DNA of 64,000 bases, from assembly GCA_040285825.1 (NCBI GenBank), contig JAUPSS010000002.1:3348001-3412000 (forward strand). The letters run 5' to 3'. A model generated the notes under the pieces. It was not told the origin of the DNA, made no database searches, and worked only from the letters and a program-made list of their open reading frames with translations. Made by a program: the position numbers and the translations under genes. Below, one piece after another: positions 12,735 through 23,679 of the stretch; within the stretch, counting starts at the first letter, position 1; each line of letters opens with the position of its first letter. This stretch comes from Eukaryota sp. TZLM1-RC. Taxonomy: Eukaryota > Protista > Metamonada: BaSk clade.

Positions 12735-15700
12735 ATGTTCGATCTGCCCAACTCTGCTACTGATCTGCACAGGCAGTATGGTGGTTTCTCATTAAAAGAC
12801 ATGTCACAACATGTGTCGTCTCTCACTGCTGATGACCAGTCTCTTCTCTGTTCCAATGTCATGTCTGTTTTATCATCTCATCCTCCTGGTCTTCAACATC
12901 ACCCTACACTCGGGCATCTTCTGAACGTTTCTCTTTCTCTTTCTTATGCTCTTCTACACACTGGATGCAGATCCCCCACCCTTGAGTCCCTCGTTGACTT
13001 ATCTTTTTCTTCTTTGCCCAACACCGAACATTGGGAAGAACACCTTGTTATTAAGGTAGCAAAGATGTTCTTAAAGTCATCTTTTCCCAAGAAATATCTC
13101 GTCACTGGCCCTTTTTTCTTTATTCTTGGGCTTAATACTGTTAAGGAGGTCACTGAACTGTCCCAATCAGGAAACGCTGCTTCAATCAATAATAGAGAGT
13201 TACGATCCGGTCAAAAAGGGAAGGTTTCCCTAATCAAAATGAATGATTTGCCTTCTTTATCGTTGTTATTTAAGCACCGAGAACACTTGAATTCAATTGA
13301 TTTCTCCACGGTTTCTAGTCCTTTTGTGCGGAGTTTTGAGCAAATGACCTCTTTATTATTCAATCAATCACTTAATCAATCAATATCTGATGACGTCATT
13401 TCGAAGGTTGCCAAAATTCTTACTCAATCTGAACAGTTATTAACCGCTTGTTGGGGATCAATTGTTGATAATTTTGCAAAGACTAGGCAAATAACTACGA
13501 AAATTGTTAAATTTTTGTTGACTTGTTTCGATCTTGTATCTAAGTCGAGGGATGAGATCGCCAAAAGATCATTTATTGACACTTTAATGTGTAAATTCTC
13601 AAATATTCTGTCTGCAGGATTAATGTCTAATTCAAAATTAGCATTTTCTTGCACTGTGCTCTTTCTATCAAAAATTCAATCAAATCGGTCAACCAATTTC
13701 AAACAATATGATCCATTGGTGGCAAATTATTTTGGACCTCTTTTATTTAGATATTCTAACTGCACTAATTCTATTGTCAGAAGTCGAGTTGTGACCTATC
13801 TGTCATGTTTATTCCCAATTTATGACCGTAATGACGAGACAATGAATCAAGATGACGTCATCAATCAAATCAATAGAAATATTGAGCTAATATCTTCCTC
13901 ATTAGTAGACACTTGTCCAATTGTAAGAATGGCAGGAATATCATCATCAGCTCACATTATGAGCTCCTTTTTTGACCTTATTTCAAGACAAGTCATGACC
14001 GATTGGATAGCCACAATTTCAAATATGACAAGAGATAAAAGTTCTCCAAAAATTCGAATTGCAAGTTTAAAGGCAATTGATCTCTTATTCAGCTCTGAAC
14101 CTTTTCTTGGCAGTCTTTGTTATTCAACGTTTGGTGACGTGGAAATGGCCATTTTTGACCCTTCTCACAATGTTAGATCTATTGCTTTAAAAGTTTACGA
14201 AAAACACCTTGGATTAAGGCTTAAAGGGAGTAATAGTGCTTCTGTACAATCAAAGCCAGAAATTGCGAGAAGTCTTCGTTGGTCAATTCGTCAAACAATT
14301 TCTGACCCTGTGACGTGCAAATTGAGCTGTTCTTTGCTTACCATTATTTTGTGTAAGACCTTATCAAAGAAAAAGATATTCAAAAAATTAATTGATTTTA
14401 TTATTAATGATAAGAGAGCAGCGCCTGTATTTCTTCATTACATGCCCAATTTTTTAGGCAACAGCTCAAAATCAGATCAAGGTCAATCGGAATTGATGGA
14501 AATCATTTTGGCTCAAGTATTTTCGAGTTTCCCAAAGTGTGAGATTAATTCTGAGTTATTATGGGATTTATTATTAATGTTGTATTCAATTGTTTCAAAT
14601 TCAAGGCTCAGAAAGGAGCAATCAATCATTTTATCTGGACTGTTTGAAACTTGTATCGAAAATTTTCTTTCAATTTTAAATAGTTTTGCTGAAGATTGTC
14701 CCAAAATTTTACCCCTACCATCTGATAAGTTATTTGACACGTCCAAAATTTCTGTTTTTGACCTGTCGCTTAATATTGTGAGACTTTTGTTGACTTGTTT
14801 GAATATCCAAGACCGCAATTCTGCTCTCGAATTCATTCTTCCTAAGTTGCAAAGTAATCTGACCAGAATTTATCTATGTCTGTCTGTTTTTGATGGCTCT
14901 TTTGAAGTTCAAGGTGGTCGTCATCAATCAATCAATCAATCAAATAATGATATAGAGCTCACTACAATTCAAGTTGGTTTGACGGAATTGGTTAAAATAA
15001 TGGAAAATTCTGGTGAATTAGAAAACACAATCGCCATTGAACTTGTCATTTCCTTGTCAACTGCACCAAATTTTGGGGTGATCTCTACTCTCCCAATATT
15101 TAAGAAAATTCTTGATTCAATTAGGATTAAAGCTGATTTGGAGCTTGAGTACCTCTGTGAAAGCTGTGGTTCCAGGCAAACAATTGATATTGAAAAGGCA
15201 AACACCATTGCAAAGTATATGAAAATTTTAATTACAACAATGTCTATTTCTATTAATCAACGTGACCTTTTGATTGATGATTGGGTCGATTTTGGTCAAT
15301 CATCTCTATTAAACGTGGTTCTTGATTGGGTTGATTTTGTAAAGAGCCATCAAAATGTCGAACACGATCCCAACTCGTCAGTGAGCTCTATTGACACGTC
15401 ACTTTTGTTAGTTGTTCCAGCTTTTGTCATTTCTTTTGTCAAAGGGACAGAAGCTCTCACAAGAACCGGAATCAAAGGGGGTCAATTAATCAATTTGATT
15501 GGTCTTGTCGATTCTTTGGTAGGTCACGTAATTGATACGTCACCAGCTTCTGCTCAATCATTTAGACTAGTTTTGATTGATTTTTTGAATGATTTGTTGT
15601 TAATTATTAAAGATGAGGTTTGGACAAACAAAAGTGATCCCAATTTGTCTACTTTTGACCTTGTAATTCCAAATATTGGTCTTTTACAACAGCTTTATCA

Positions 15701-16280
15701 ATTGCTTTTCCAATCTTGTGTACCGGTAACAATGATTTCACAACCATGTCCCAAATTTTTAACAAATTTTAAAAATTTCATTTATAATTCTACTACATAT
15801 CTTCAATCAATTGTCAACTCTTGTGATACAGCACGAAAGGATCAAGAAATTCTTTGTTCCAAAATTTTGAACTTTACAAATGGTTTGATTTCGCCAATAT
15901 GCATGTCACTCTCAAAGTTACCTTTACCATTAACTTTGTTGCCAAAAAGTCCATCTCAGTTGTTCAGCACCACAGATTCAAGCTCCTACAAGGGACTTTG
16001 CTTTGTTTGTTCAGCAGCTCTAACTGGAATCATAGCTTGTCCTTTGTTGATTAGGGCATTACCTGGAATTGTCTTGGAAAAGGCCAGAAAAGCACGTTTA
16101 CTAGCTCAAGGGTCAATCATTTTGATTGTAAGTTTGATTGAACATTTCAGTTCTGCAAATATTGATTATAAATCTGCTTTAAGCGAGTTGGTTAAAATTT
16201 ATGATTCCAGTCTTAGCCAAATGGATGATGGGTTTGAAATTCAAAGTGATTTTGTTAATGAAGTTCGTTTATTGTTATGA
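12735..16280 (+). CDS. NCAPG2: condensin-2 complex subunit G2 (HEAT-repeat protein)
   Basis: 1181-aa intronless ORF; PLLFRY..TNSIVRS..LFPIYD, LVDTCPIVRMAGI, DKSSPKIR and IFDPSHNVR are colinear with CAP-G2 motifs (PILWR..NSEVRS..AFPIRD, LEDPYPMVRSTGI, DTSSADVR, LHDNSEKVR); typical length. Confidence 0.78.
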   Translation: MFDLPNSATDLHRQYGGFSLKDMSQHVSSLTADDQSLLCSNVMSVLSSHPPGLQHHPTLGHLLNVSLSLSYALLHTGCRSPTLESLVDLSFSSLPNTEHWEEHLVIKVAKMFLKSSFPKKYLVTGPFFFILGLNTVKEVTELSQSGNAASINNRELRSGQKGKVSLIKMNDLPSLSLLFKHREHLNSIDFSTVSSPFVRSFEQMTSLLFNQSLNQSISDDVISKVAKILTQSEQLLTACWGSIVDNFAKTRQITTKIVKFLLTCFDLVSKSRDEIAKRSFIDTLMCKFSNILSAGLMSNSKLAFSCTVLFLSKIQSNRSTNFKQYDPLVANYFGPLLFRYSNCTNSIVRSRVVTYLSCLFPIYDRNDETMNQDDVINQINRNIELISSSLVDTCPIVRMAGISSSAHIMSSFFDLISRQVMTDWIATISNMTRDKSSPKIRIASLKAIDLLFSSEPFLGSLCYSTFGDVEMAIFDPSHNVRSIALKVYEKHLGLRLKGSNSASVQSKPEIARSLRWSIRQTISDPVTCKLSCSLLTIILCKTLSKKKIFKKLIDFIINDKRAAPVFLHYMPNFLGNSSKSDQGQSELMEIILAQVFSSFPKCEINSELLWDLLLMLYSIVSNSRLRKEQSIILSGLFETCIENFLSILNSFAEDCPKILPLPSDKLFDTSKISVFDLSLNIVRLLLTCLNIQDRNSALEFILPKLQSNLTRIYLCLSVFDGSFEVQGGRHQSINQSNNDIELTTIQVGLTELVKIMENSGELENTIAIELVISLSTAPNFGVISTLPIFKKILDSIRIKADLELEYLCESCGSRQTIDIEKANTIAKYMKILITTMSISINQRDLLIDDWVDFGQSSLLNVVLDWVDFVKSHQNVEHDPNSSVSSIDTSLLLVVPAFVISFVKGTEALTRTGIKGGQLINLIGLVDSLVGHVIDTSPASAQSFRLVLIDFLNDLLLIIKDEVWTNKSDPNLSTFDLVIPNIGLLQQLYQLLFQSCVPVTMISQPCPKFLTNFKNFIYNSTTYLQSIVNSCDTARKDQEILCSKILNFTNGLISPICMSLSKLPLPLTLLPKSPSQLFSTTDSSSYKGLCFVCSAALTGIIACPLLIRALPGIVLEKARKARLLAQGSIILIVSLIEHFSSANIDYKSALSELVKIYDSSLSQMDDGFEIQSDFVNEVRLLL

Positions 16281-16639
16281 TTTTATTCAGTATTTTTAAT
16301 TTTGCTGTATTTTATTTAATAAATCATTTTTCTATTAAATCTTTTTGTTTTTTTCTAGAATTTGCAGAATATTTTTCGTTATAGTGGGTATAGTATGTTG
16401 TATTTGTAACAAGTAATTTGTTAGAGTGTTGACAATAAATAAATGATGAGTTAGTTGAAATTTTGTAACCCTTAAATAGCAATCCATTTTCTTATTGCCC
16501 TATCACTAGCACTGTCCAAGTTTGGTTGTGTTCGGTTCAGAATTAATTTGGAACTTCAACTAAACAGAACTAAACCAGTTCAGAACCAGTGCAATAAAAA
16601 AATAAGTAATAATTTGATATTTACCAAACAATATAAATT

Positions 16640-16990
16640 ATTTCTCCAGTCCTATTATTTATAATACTGCTTCGAAAACCTCATTATGCAAAGGGGTTCT
16701 GTATGACGTAGCCACGCTGCCAACTGAGCTGAAAAATCGTTCACAGGTTACAAAAGTGGCTTGAACAGAAAGATCCTTTGTAGGAGATAATAAAATTGGA
16801 CATTTGTGTGCATAATCAAATCATAAACCTTAATCTCTTATATCTTCTCTCGACACCGTTGGCTTTGTGATCATATGTTTGAGAAGTTCTCTCTTAAGGG
16901 GCTAATGAAAAGCTTCTGTTTGTTCTTCATTCAAGAAGAGATTCCTGATTGAAAGAGAATTAATTACTTCAATGACTCTATCAACAACTT
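16640..16990 (-). pseudogene. hAT-superfamily DNA transposase remnant (C-terminal dimerisation domain)
   Basis: Hand translation of 16829-16659: GL*FDYAHKCPILLSPTKDLSVQATFVTCERFFSSVGSVATSYRTPLHNEVFEAVL*, matching hAT W..P.L..L..(P/Q)ATS..ER.FS..G...T..R..L. Outer limits approximate. Confidence 0.78.
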
Positions 16991-17182
16991 TGATGTGTTA
17001 AGGTGAGCTTAAAGAACTAAAAAAAGTATTCAGTGGTTAAATCGCAATTCTCTATTATTGTAACAGTTTAGGATTCTGTAAATATTGTCTTAAATAGATA
17101 ATTTAGAATTTCCAACCGAAATTCTACCAACCAAACAAACGATAATAAGATAGATAATATTAAATAATTTATTATACAAAAC

Positions 17183-18265
17183 TTACCTGGTGTTACTTTT
17201 TTCCAAATGCCGTTCCCTTAACCTCAACAAAGTTTGCTCTGTGACAGCTAGCCTTAATGTTAGATTCTTAGTGTTTTCAACCAAAGATTGCTTATCTTTT
17301 CTCAACTCAACCAAAGGTTCAGTATTTGAAATTTCTGCCCCCCTCCTGTCAGTTGCCTCCTTGATCTCTTCTAACTGTCGTCCAACACTTGTCATTACCC
17401 CCAATTTTTCACTCTTAATCTTTGTTTTTTCTGCCAATTCAAATTGAATTGATTCCAATTCCTTCTTTGCAGCAGAATACTCTTCAACCAAATGCTGCAT
17501 TTGATCATGAACAAAAGCTTCTCTGCTAGTAATTTTCTCTAGTATTTGCTGAGTTTGTTGACCATAAGAAAACAAATAAGGAAGCATTGAATCTCTAATA
17601 CTCAAGCACTTAGTCACAATTCCTGCTAGAACAGAAATTCTAGCATTAAAATCAACATTGTCGTTCAACCCGGATAACTGAAGTCTGGGCAAGACCCTTT
17701 CCACTTCAGCCTTCCACTCTGAAATGGCCTTGATATCACTACCAATGATGTCATGACTAGTCAGGAGTCCTTCAGATTCAAGTTGAAAATCTGGGACTTC
17801 TTCAATGTTTTCAGAAATATCAGTATCAGGATCAGAGTCCACTTGCTCGTTATCATTAGGGTACTCTGGTCTTCCATAAGTAATATTAGACTTGCTAATG
17901 GCCAGCTCCACCACCTTGGTTAAAAGTAGACAAGGAGCATCACCAAATCCTTGACGAAGTTTGGCTGGGTCAATGTCCACATCAAGGCTGGCTTCACGGC
18001 AGTAAGATAGAAGATTCTGAGAAATTGTACCGGGGTCGTCAGACTGAAATGGTTGAGCAGCGTCGATACCACAAATACGAAATAACCAAACAGCAAGAGA
18101 AACAAAATAATAGTATTGTTCAGAACGATTGGGAGCTGGAACTAGGAAGTAGAATGGATTAAGTAAAGGAAATTCCTTGGGATAGCAAAAGCGTTCCTCA
18201 TAATCTAGAAGTAATAGTTTATCTACCAACGTTTCACAAAGAACATCAGCTGGAATGTCAGTCAT
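17183..18265 (-). CDS. IFT57: intraflagellar transport protein 57
   Basis: LVDKLLLLDYE, EQYYYFVSLAVWL, DDPGT, PAKLRQGFG, EWKAEVERVLPRL, LEKITSRE and C-terminal coiled coil. Confidence 0.93.
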   Translation of the reverse strand: MTDIPADVLCETLVDKLLLLDYEERFCYPKEFPLLNPFYFLVPAPNRSEQYYYFVSLAVWLFRICGIDAAQPFQSDDPGTISQNLLSYCREASLDVDIDPAKLRQGFGDAPCLLLTKVVELAISKSNITYGRPEYPNDNEQVDSDPDTDISENIEEVPDFQLESEGLLTSHDIIGSDIKAISEWKAEVERVLPRLQLSGLNDNVDFNARISVLAGIVTKCLSIRDSMLPYLFSYGQQTQQILEKITSREAFVHDQMQHLVEEYSAAKKELESIQFELAEKTKIKSEKLGVMTSVGRQLEEIKEATDRRGAEISNTEPLVELRKDKQSLVENTKNLTLRLAVTEQTLLRLRERHLEKSNTR

Positions 18266-18280
18266 TGTTACAGATGATGT

Positions 18281-18975
18281 CTAAAAGTGTCCTTTTACAC
18301 TGATGTAGAGGGACTGAGTTTTGGAAGTGGAAGATTTTCTCCTTGCTACCATTCTCTTTGGACATTCATCAACGTTGGCTCTCTTTAGGTATACCGGTCT
18401 ATCTCCACCTTTAAGATGTACTTCCATCACTGCCAGCATATTGAGCGAAGCTTTTCGATCTCTATTCTACAAACTTTCGCATGATTTACACATGGTAAGC
18501 CCGTGACGAATAGAAATCTCTTGCCTCTTTTATGGCCTAGGATTTCTGCACCATTGGAATGTTTCAACTGTTTTCTCCGCTTTCTTACAGTTGAAACAAC
18601 AACAACTGGTTCGAAACTCATCAATCAAAAAGACCTCATAACCAGCCTTTTTAAATAAAATTCTCAAACCTTTTCCTTTGGTAGGTTCTTTGAATTTCAT
18701 GTGTTTTCGTTGTTCCCAGTCTCCGATTCCAATAACTACTTGACCGGATCACCAATTACTGATATGAATCTCTGGATCATCTTCGCCTCAGATCTTGTCC
18801 GATTAATCTCAGCCCATCATCTTAGTTTCCTAAATATTGTTTGATGATAGATTTCGCCAACAATACTATTCACATAATTCTTTTGTTTAATATATGCCAT
18901 AAATCTGTCAAACCTGCAGCTTTTGGAATTGAATTGGGATAAAGTTGCTTCCCTTTCTGCTACAGTTCGTTTTTT
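18281..18975 (-). pseudogene. Fanzor1-like (eukaryotic TnpB) RNA-guided nuclease pseudogene, C-terminal half
   Basis: Hand translation: LSQFNSKSCRFDRFMAYIKQKN..FRKLR*WAEINRTRSE..[fs]VVIGIGDWEQRKHMKFKEPTKGKGLR..GYEVFLIDEFRTSCCCFNC..NPRP*..HGLTMCKSCESL*NRD..RPVYLKR (RuvC-II E, two CxxC, RuvC-III D). Three stops and one frameshift; RuvC-I not seen. Confidence 0.88.
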
Positions 18976-19439
18976 GTTCAGTGTTACTCAAATCAATTTT
19001 GTGGGGAGTATTGATTTCTTGAGGCACTTTTCCTCTTAATAAACTAATTGTTCTTTCAGTCATTTGAAAAGTTCTTGCACACCGACCTATAACACCAATC
19101 AAAGGACAAATATGTAAGACTTGTACTTTTCAGAATAAAGGACAATTTTAATTACAGTGTTCGCTTATCTATAAAATGAGGAAAATGTGGACTTTTTTCT
19201 ATGGAATTTTAATTTAAAGATGAACAAGGTTAATGACCAAATTTTATTCACAAAATCCAGATGACACTTTCAACAGCATTGATACTGATAGAGCATCAAT
19301 AGTTCGTTTAAGCCCGAGTGTTTTCGATACAATTACTGTTTCTTCGATAGCGCTCAATTACATTACTTTAATTAAAGACTCTGCTATTAATCTTGAATAA
19401 TAATTTTTGTTGCTGTGGATACAAATAAATTCAACATCA

Positions 19440-19720
19440 TGTAAAGATAATGGAAAGGCTGTTGAAAAACCTTTGTGTAAAGCAAGCGAATGGTCGTGAT
19501 ACTGAGATCTACATGCTTCATTGAAAATGTTACCGGAAATAAAATTTATATATAAAGAGGTGATAGAGAATAGTATACCTGGAGAGCTAAGGTTGATGAA
19601 GGTTTTATTTCTAGAGAGAAAGAAACAAATCTTGTCAAAAAGGACTCCTGTGAAATTCACTCAAGGCAATGTCAGAATTACTGAAATAGTTCGGCACCTA
19701 TTGATACGTTTGGTTAGCTC
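19440..19720 (+). pseudogene. highly degraded non-LTR RT N-terminal fragment
   Basis: KQANGRD (cf. KAPGPD) then IPGELRLMKVLFLERKK..KRTPVKFTQ..RI resembling RT domains 0-2. Confidence 0.4.
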
Positions 19721-19747
19721 GACATCTCGGTTCGTTTCCTGTCGTTT

Positions 19748-19833
19748 CCCAAATGTGCCTCAAATTCAGAATGAATTACAAGTTATTTTGGAAAAAATCA
19801 AAATTGAACTTGATTCAATTTCTTCTTTAGAAT
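19748..19833 (+). mobile_element. RLE non-LTR family C fragment (left half of the copy continued, inverted, at 25067-23680)
   Basis: NVPQIQNELQVILEKIKIELDSISSL nearly identical to family C at 62545-62625. Confidence 0.8.
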
Positions 19834-21350
19834 ATTTTTTGTATTTATTGAATTTGCACACTTAATTAAATTAACTCAATACTAATGGGACGACTATCAT
19901 TGAACCAAAATTTCCTCTACAAAATCTTGATCTGTTTGCTGTGTAGCTAAAGCTTCTCTTATTCGATTGAAAAAACGAGGTAATCTATTAATAATGGCAA
20001 ATTGAATCCGTGAACGCCATAAAAATATATCAAATCTTTTCATTGTTTTTTCTTGCACCATTTTTTGGAAGTCATTCAAAACAGTTTCTGCTTCAACTGA
20101 TAATCTTCCATTTATCGAAAATGGGAAAGCAATAAAAACCAGCTGTGTATTTCTATCGACAATACCTCTTCAATATCTTTATCATATTTTCTATGTTTCT
20201 CTTTTGCTTTAAAATCCAGAGCAGCCACAGGATTAAGTTTTCTTCTGTGAACCAAAGTATCATTTGCAACATTACATGAGACAAAGTCAACAATAGCTTC
20301 AGAATTATCAATCCAATCACAGTATACATCACCTCTATCATCAGAACCAAAATTATTCAGAGAAAGTGTTTCCTTCAGCAGGGGCTCTTTGATACAAGCA
20401 TTATGTAATGAAGAACGATCAGTTGTCAATTTAGGAGAATTCAGAGCATGACGCAAGGTGAGCTGTGGTGAATTAGAACAAATACGTTTTTCTTTTAATA
20501 TCAATTGACTAAAGGGAATATTCAAATATAATCTCACTTTTGTCACAAACGCTTCATGATTAGCACACAGTCCAAATCTTCGTGGCACAATGGTCACAAA
20601 CAGTGAAGAATCTGAGTGATTTTCACAAACAATATTTTCCAATAATAACAATAAGTGGAGACCTTAATTTAAAACAGCCAAGCTGCATAAATTATTATTA
20701 CGACAATTTTTACATTCCAGACAGTCGTTTTTGCAGTGTTTGAAGAGTGTATTTTAAATTTAAAAATTCTTTTCAGCAATATAACCATTGAATGATTGGG
20801 GAAAGCATCGACTCCATTGTTTTAAAACAATGGTTGAAACTTCTTCATTTGATGCAAAAATAGAAGAACTTTGCGTTGTCACAAATAAGTCTTCTAAATC
20901 TGCAAATCTTTCAGAAAACTCAAATATTGCATTTCTGCCTCCACCGATAAAATCACACGAAGTAAGAATTGAGGCTTTTGTCCAACCTAAACCTTCAAAG
21001 TGCGGACTAAGAAAAGCGTGATCAGACAGTTGGGACATTGTACACCCTTACAATTGTGACAAAACTTTTGCACGTAATTCATTGAACTTTTGGGCCAAAG
21101 TCGTAGAGACTAGAGGATTTGTAGATCGAAATTTGGAATTAAAGTTGATATTGAATTAAAGTCTTAGATTGGTAAATTTGATGAGTTTCTATGCATTGAA
21201 TTTCATCATTTGGTAAATTTTCTCGAAAACTAAATTCCACGTAACAAACAATTCTTTGGTAATTTCATCATTCATTCCTAAAAACGAACCCAAATGACGA
21301 ATGTCACCAGTTGAATATAACTTGGCTTTAATTTCAATACCAACAGTTTC
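19834..21350 (-). mobile_element. family A chimera: young 3' part (19834-20396) joined to old diverged 5' part (20397-~21350)
   Basis: Abrupt drop in identity to other A copies at 20396/20397, junction reads HNA|CIKEP. Confidence 0.82.
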
Positions 21351-21359
21351 AACTGTTGT

Positions 21360-22925
21360 TGGAAAAAGATGAAGTACCATCAATTGTCTTGATTCCAAAT
21401 TGAAATAAACTGAAAAATTCTTTGGCTTTTTTTTCCAATTCTATTAAAAACAAGAGACGCAAAAATTCTTGAAAACGATTCTCCGATTGCAATTGGACGG
21501 ATTTTTTTAAAAAAATTGAAATTTATTTTCAACGCTAACAAAACATTAAACAAAAAACTAGAACTCAATATCCTCAATACATGCATCAACATCATCAAAT
21601 CTCTCAAGTGTCCGATTTTCATACTCTATTCCTAATTGTAACAGTGCTTTGGTCAGCATTTCTGGAATTGCTTTAAGAATACTGAAAACAAATTTATTGT
21701 GCCAAAAAATGAAGTTCTATTCTTTTCCTGCTCTTTCTTTTATTAAACTTCTGAAACCTTCGAAAAGTTGAATACCAGGTTTTCCAATTTTACCAAAAAG
21801 AGAAATAGCAAATGGAACCAGCTGGTACATTACATGATCAACACGTCCTAGCTGAGATAAGTCTTCATTGTACTTTGATTTTACTCTTTTCAGCGAAGCA
21901 AAGTGGAGTTTCATCTTTTTTAGCATAATCAATTGCTAAATCCTAAAAAACGTCAACAACTGTGATCACGCCATCAGACCCAGGAGTAATTAAATCCGCA
22001 CGACTTTTCTCGAAAGTATTTTCATCTTCATTTTCAGGTGACAACTTACGCACCAGTGGTTCAACAAAAGCTTCAATGTGGTGACTTTTGCACATAGCAT
22101 ATAGTTGGTCTCTAACAGCATCGTGAACAATTGAGCGATATGTAATATTAAATTTGCAATTCTATCAATGATAAAGATTGATAAGTTGACCACAACGACA
22201 AATTAAATCATTTGGCACACTGCATAGACAAAGAAAACACCTCATTCTTAAGGTAGTTGTTTATGTTTAGTGCACGAAAAGTAACAGTTGTCCATTGATG
22301 ATCATTCAACAATAAACCGTAAACATTTGGAATTTGGGAAATGAGACAACTTGAGCTACTTTCCTTAAGAACAATTAAAAAGTTAGCAAAAACAACATTC
22401 TTTTCCTTAGCCAAGCTAAGACGTACAGTAAAATCCAAAATTGGAAATACTTTTAATATTTTTTCTGCAATTTGGCGTATGTAAATCTTAAAGAAATCAA
22501 ATCAATTCTTTTAAATAATTCTAATTCAACTAATTCTTCAAAACATAAAGTTGCTTCTCTGACAATCGTTAAGTCACCTTTAAGAACAACATCATCCATA
22601 AAAGCAATCATTTTTCAGGAAGGAAACATTGATTGAATTTGTAATACAATTGGATGAATTGCCAGACAAAATAAAAGAGGTCCTAAGGGATCTCCTTGCT
22701 TAACACCACATGGTTATTTCAACATAGAATCAGCAAAATGCCGATCAGTTTTTGTGCAATATGTTTGAAAATAAGGTAAAGAATCTGGCAAGTAATTCAA
22801 CAAAGCACCATGATTATTGCGCCAATGAATTGAATTAAAGGCATCATTAAAATCCATATACGCAAATGCATTGGATTCATTTTGATAAAATAAGACGTTT
22901 GTAGCAAACACTGATTTCATCTGAT
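21360..22925 (-). mobile_element. patchwork of degraded RLE non-LTR fragments (family E 3' half ~21540-22440; RT pieces 21360-21505 and 22540-22925)
   Basis: RPIAIGES; RLSLAKEKN..QIPNVYGLLL; SRADLITPGSDG; MDFNDAFNS, GVKQGDPLGPLLF, FMDD. Confidence 0.75.
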
Positions 22926-23056
22926 ACAAAAGAATTTTGTATGCTTATTTGTGAGACCCCTGTGCTTCATAATTCTACAATAGATAAAAAAACACATACT
23001 AAATCATTATTTATGCACAACTACAGATATAGTAAATACAGATACAATAGGCAAAG

Positions 23057-23404
23057 TTATACAATACTACTTGGTGTTAGATGGTCCTCAGCAGCTTTGA
23101 GCTGGTGTCGTGCCAAATCAATCTCCTCACCTTCAAAGTGTGGGTTTTCATCAATAAATTCATCCAAGCATTGGTTGAGATTATGCCATGCACTTTCCAA
23201 ACGGTGAAGAGTATCGGGAATCATTTGACGTGACTCATCGAGAACCTCCATTTGTTTATTGATATCAGCATCATCAGATCCTGTCTGTCTCATCGAATCG
23301 ATCTTAGATTCTTGTTGTGTCACTTCAGCTCGGTAGTAATCAAGCTCTCTAACAATGCGTCTAAGTACGCTGGTTTGAATTTTGAGATTGCGCGTTTCAC
23401 TCAT
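23057..23404 (-). CDS. TBCA: tubulin-specific chaperone A
   Basis: RNLKIQTSVLRRIVRELDYY..E..QQ, KQMEVLDESRQMIPD..RL; 115 aa. Confidence 0.93.
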   Translation of the reverse strand: MSETRNLKIQTSVLRRIVRELDYYRAEVTQQESKIDSMRQTGSDDADINKQMEVLDESRQMIPDTLHRLESAWHNLNQCLDEFIDENPHFEGEEIDLARHQLKAAEDHLTPSSIV

Positions 23405-23679
23405 TCTTGCAGATATTGTCTATTACAATAGATTAAGAGTACTATACACCAATGTGGGGGAGTGAGTTTTAGACAATGTTAGAATTCCCAACGTTCGCAA
23501 CTCGTCCGAACGTTCGGCCGATCTTACGCCAAACTAGTTTTTGCTCGAAAACGTTTTCCCAAACCCCAATTTTGACTATTGCACTAGACCTATTTGTTTA
23601 AAAATCTGTATTCACACGTAAATTTCTTTCTTTACATCAACTTTCTTTAATGCCAATCCGTGCATTTTTTTAAATATAT

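Noticed and set aside
16508-18975. Single hAT-Fanzor composite element capturing IFT57
   Set aside because: No matching TIR pair or TSD found; the relics are more simply independent.
19255-19400. Possible PIF1/Helitron helicase fragment
   Set aside because: Only vague similarity, no conserved helicase motif recoverable.
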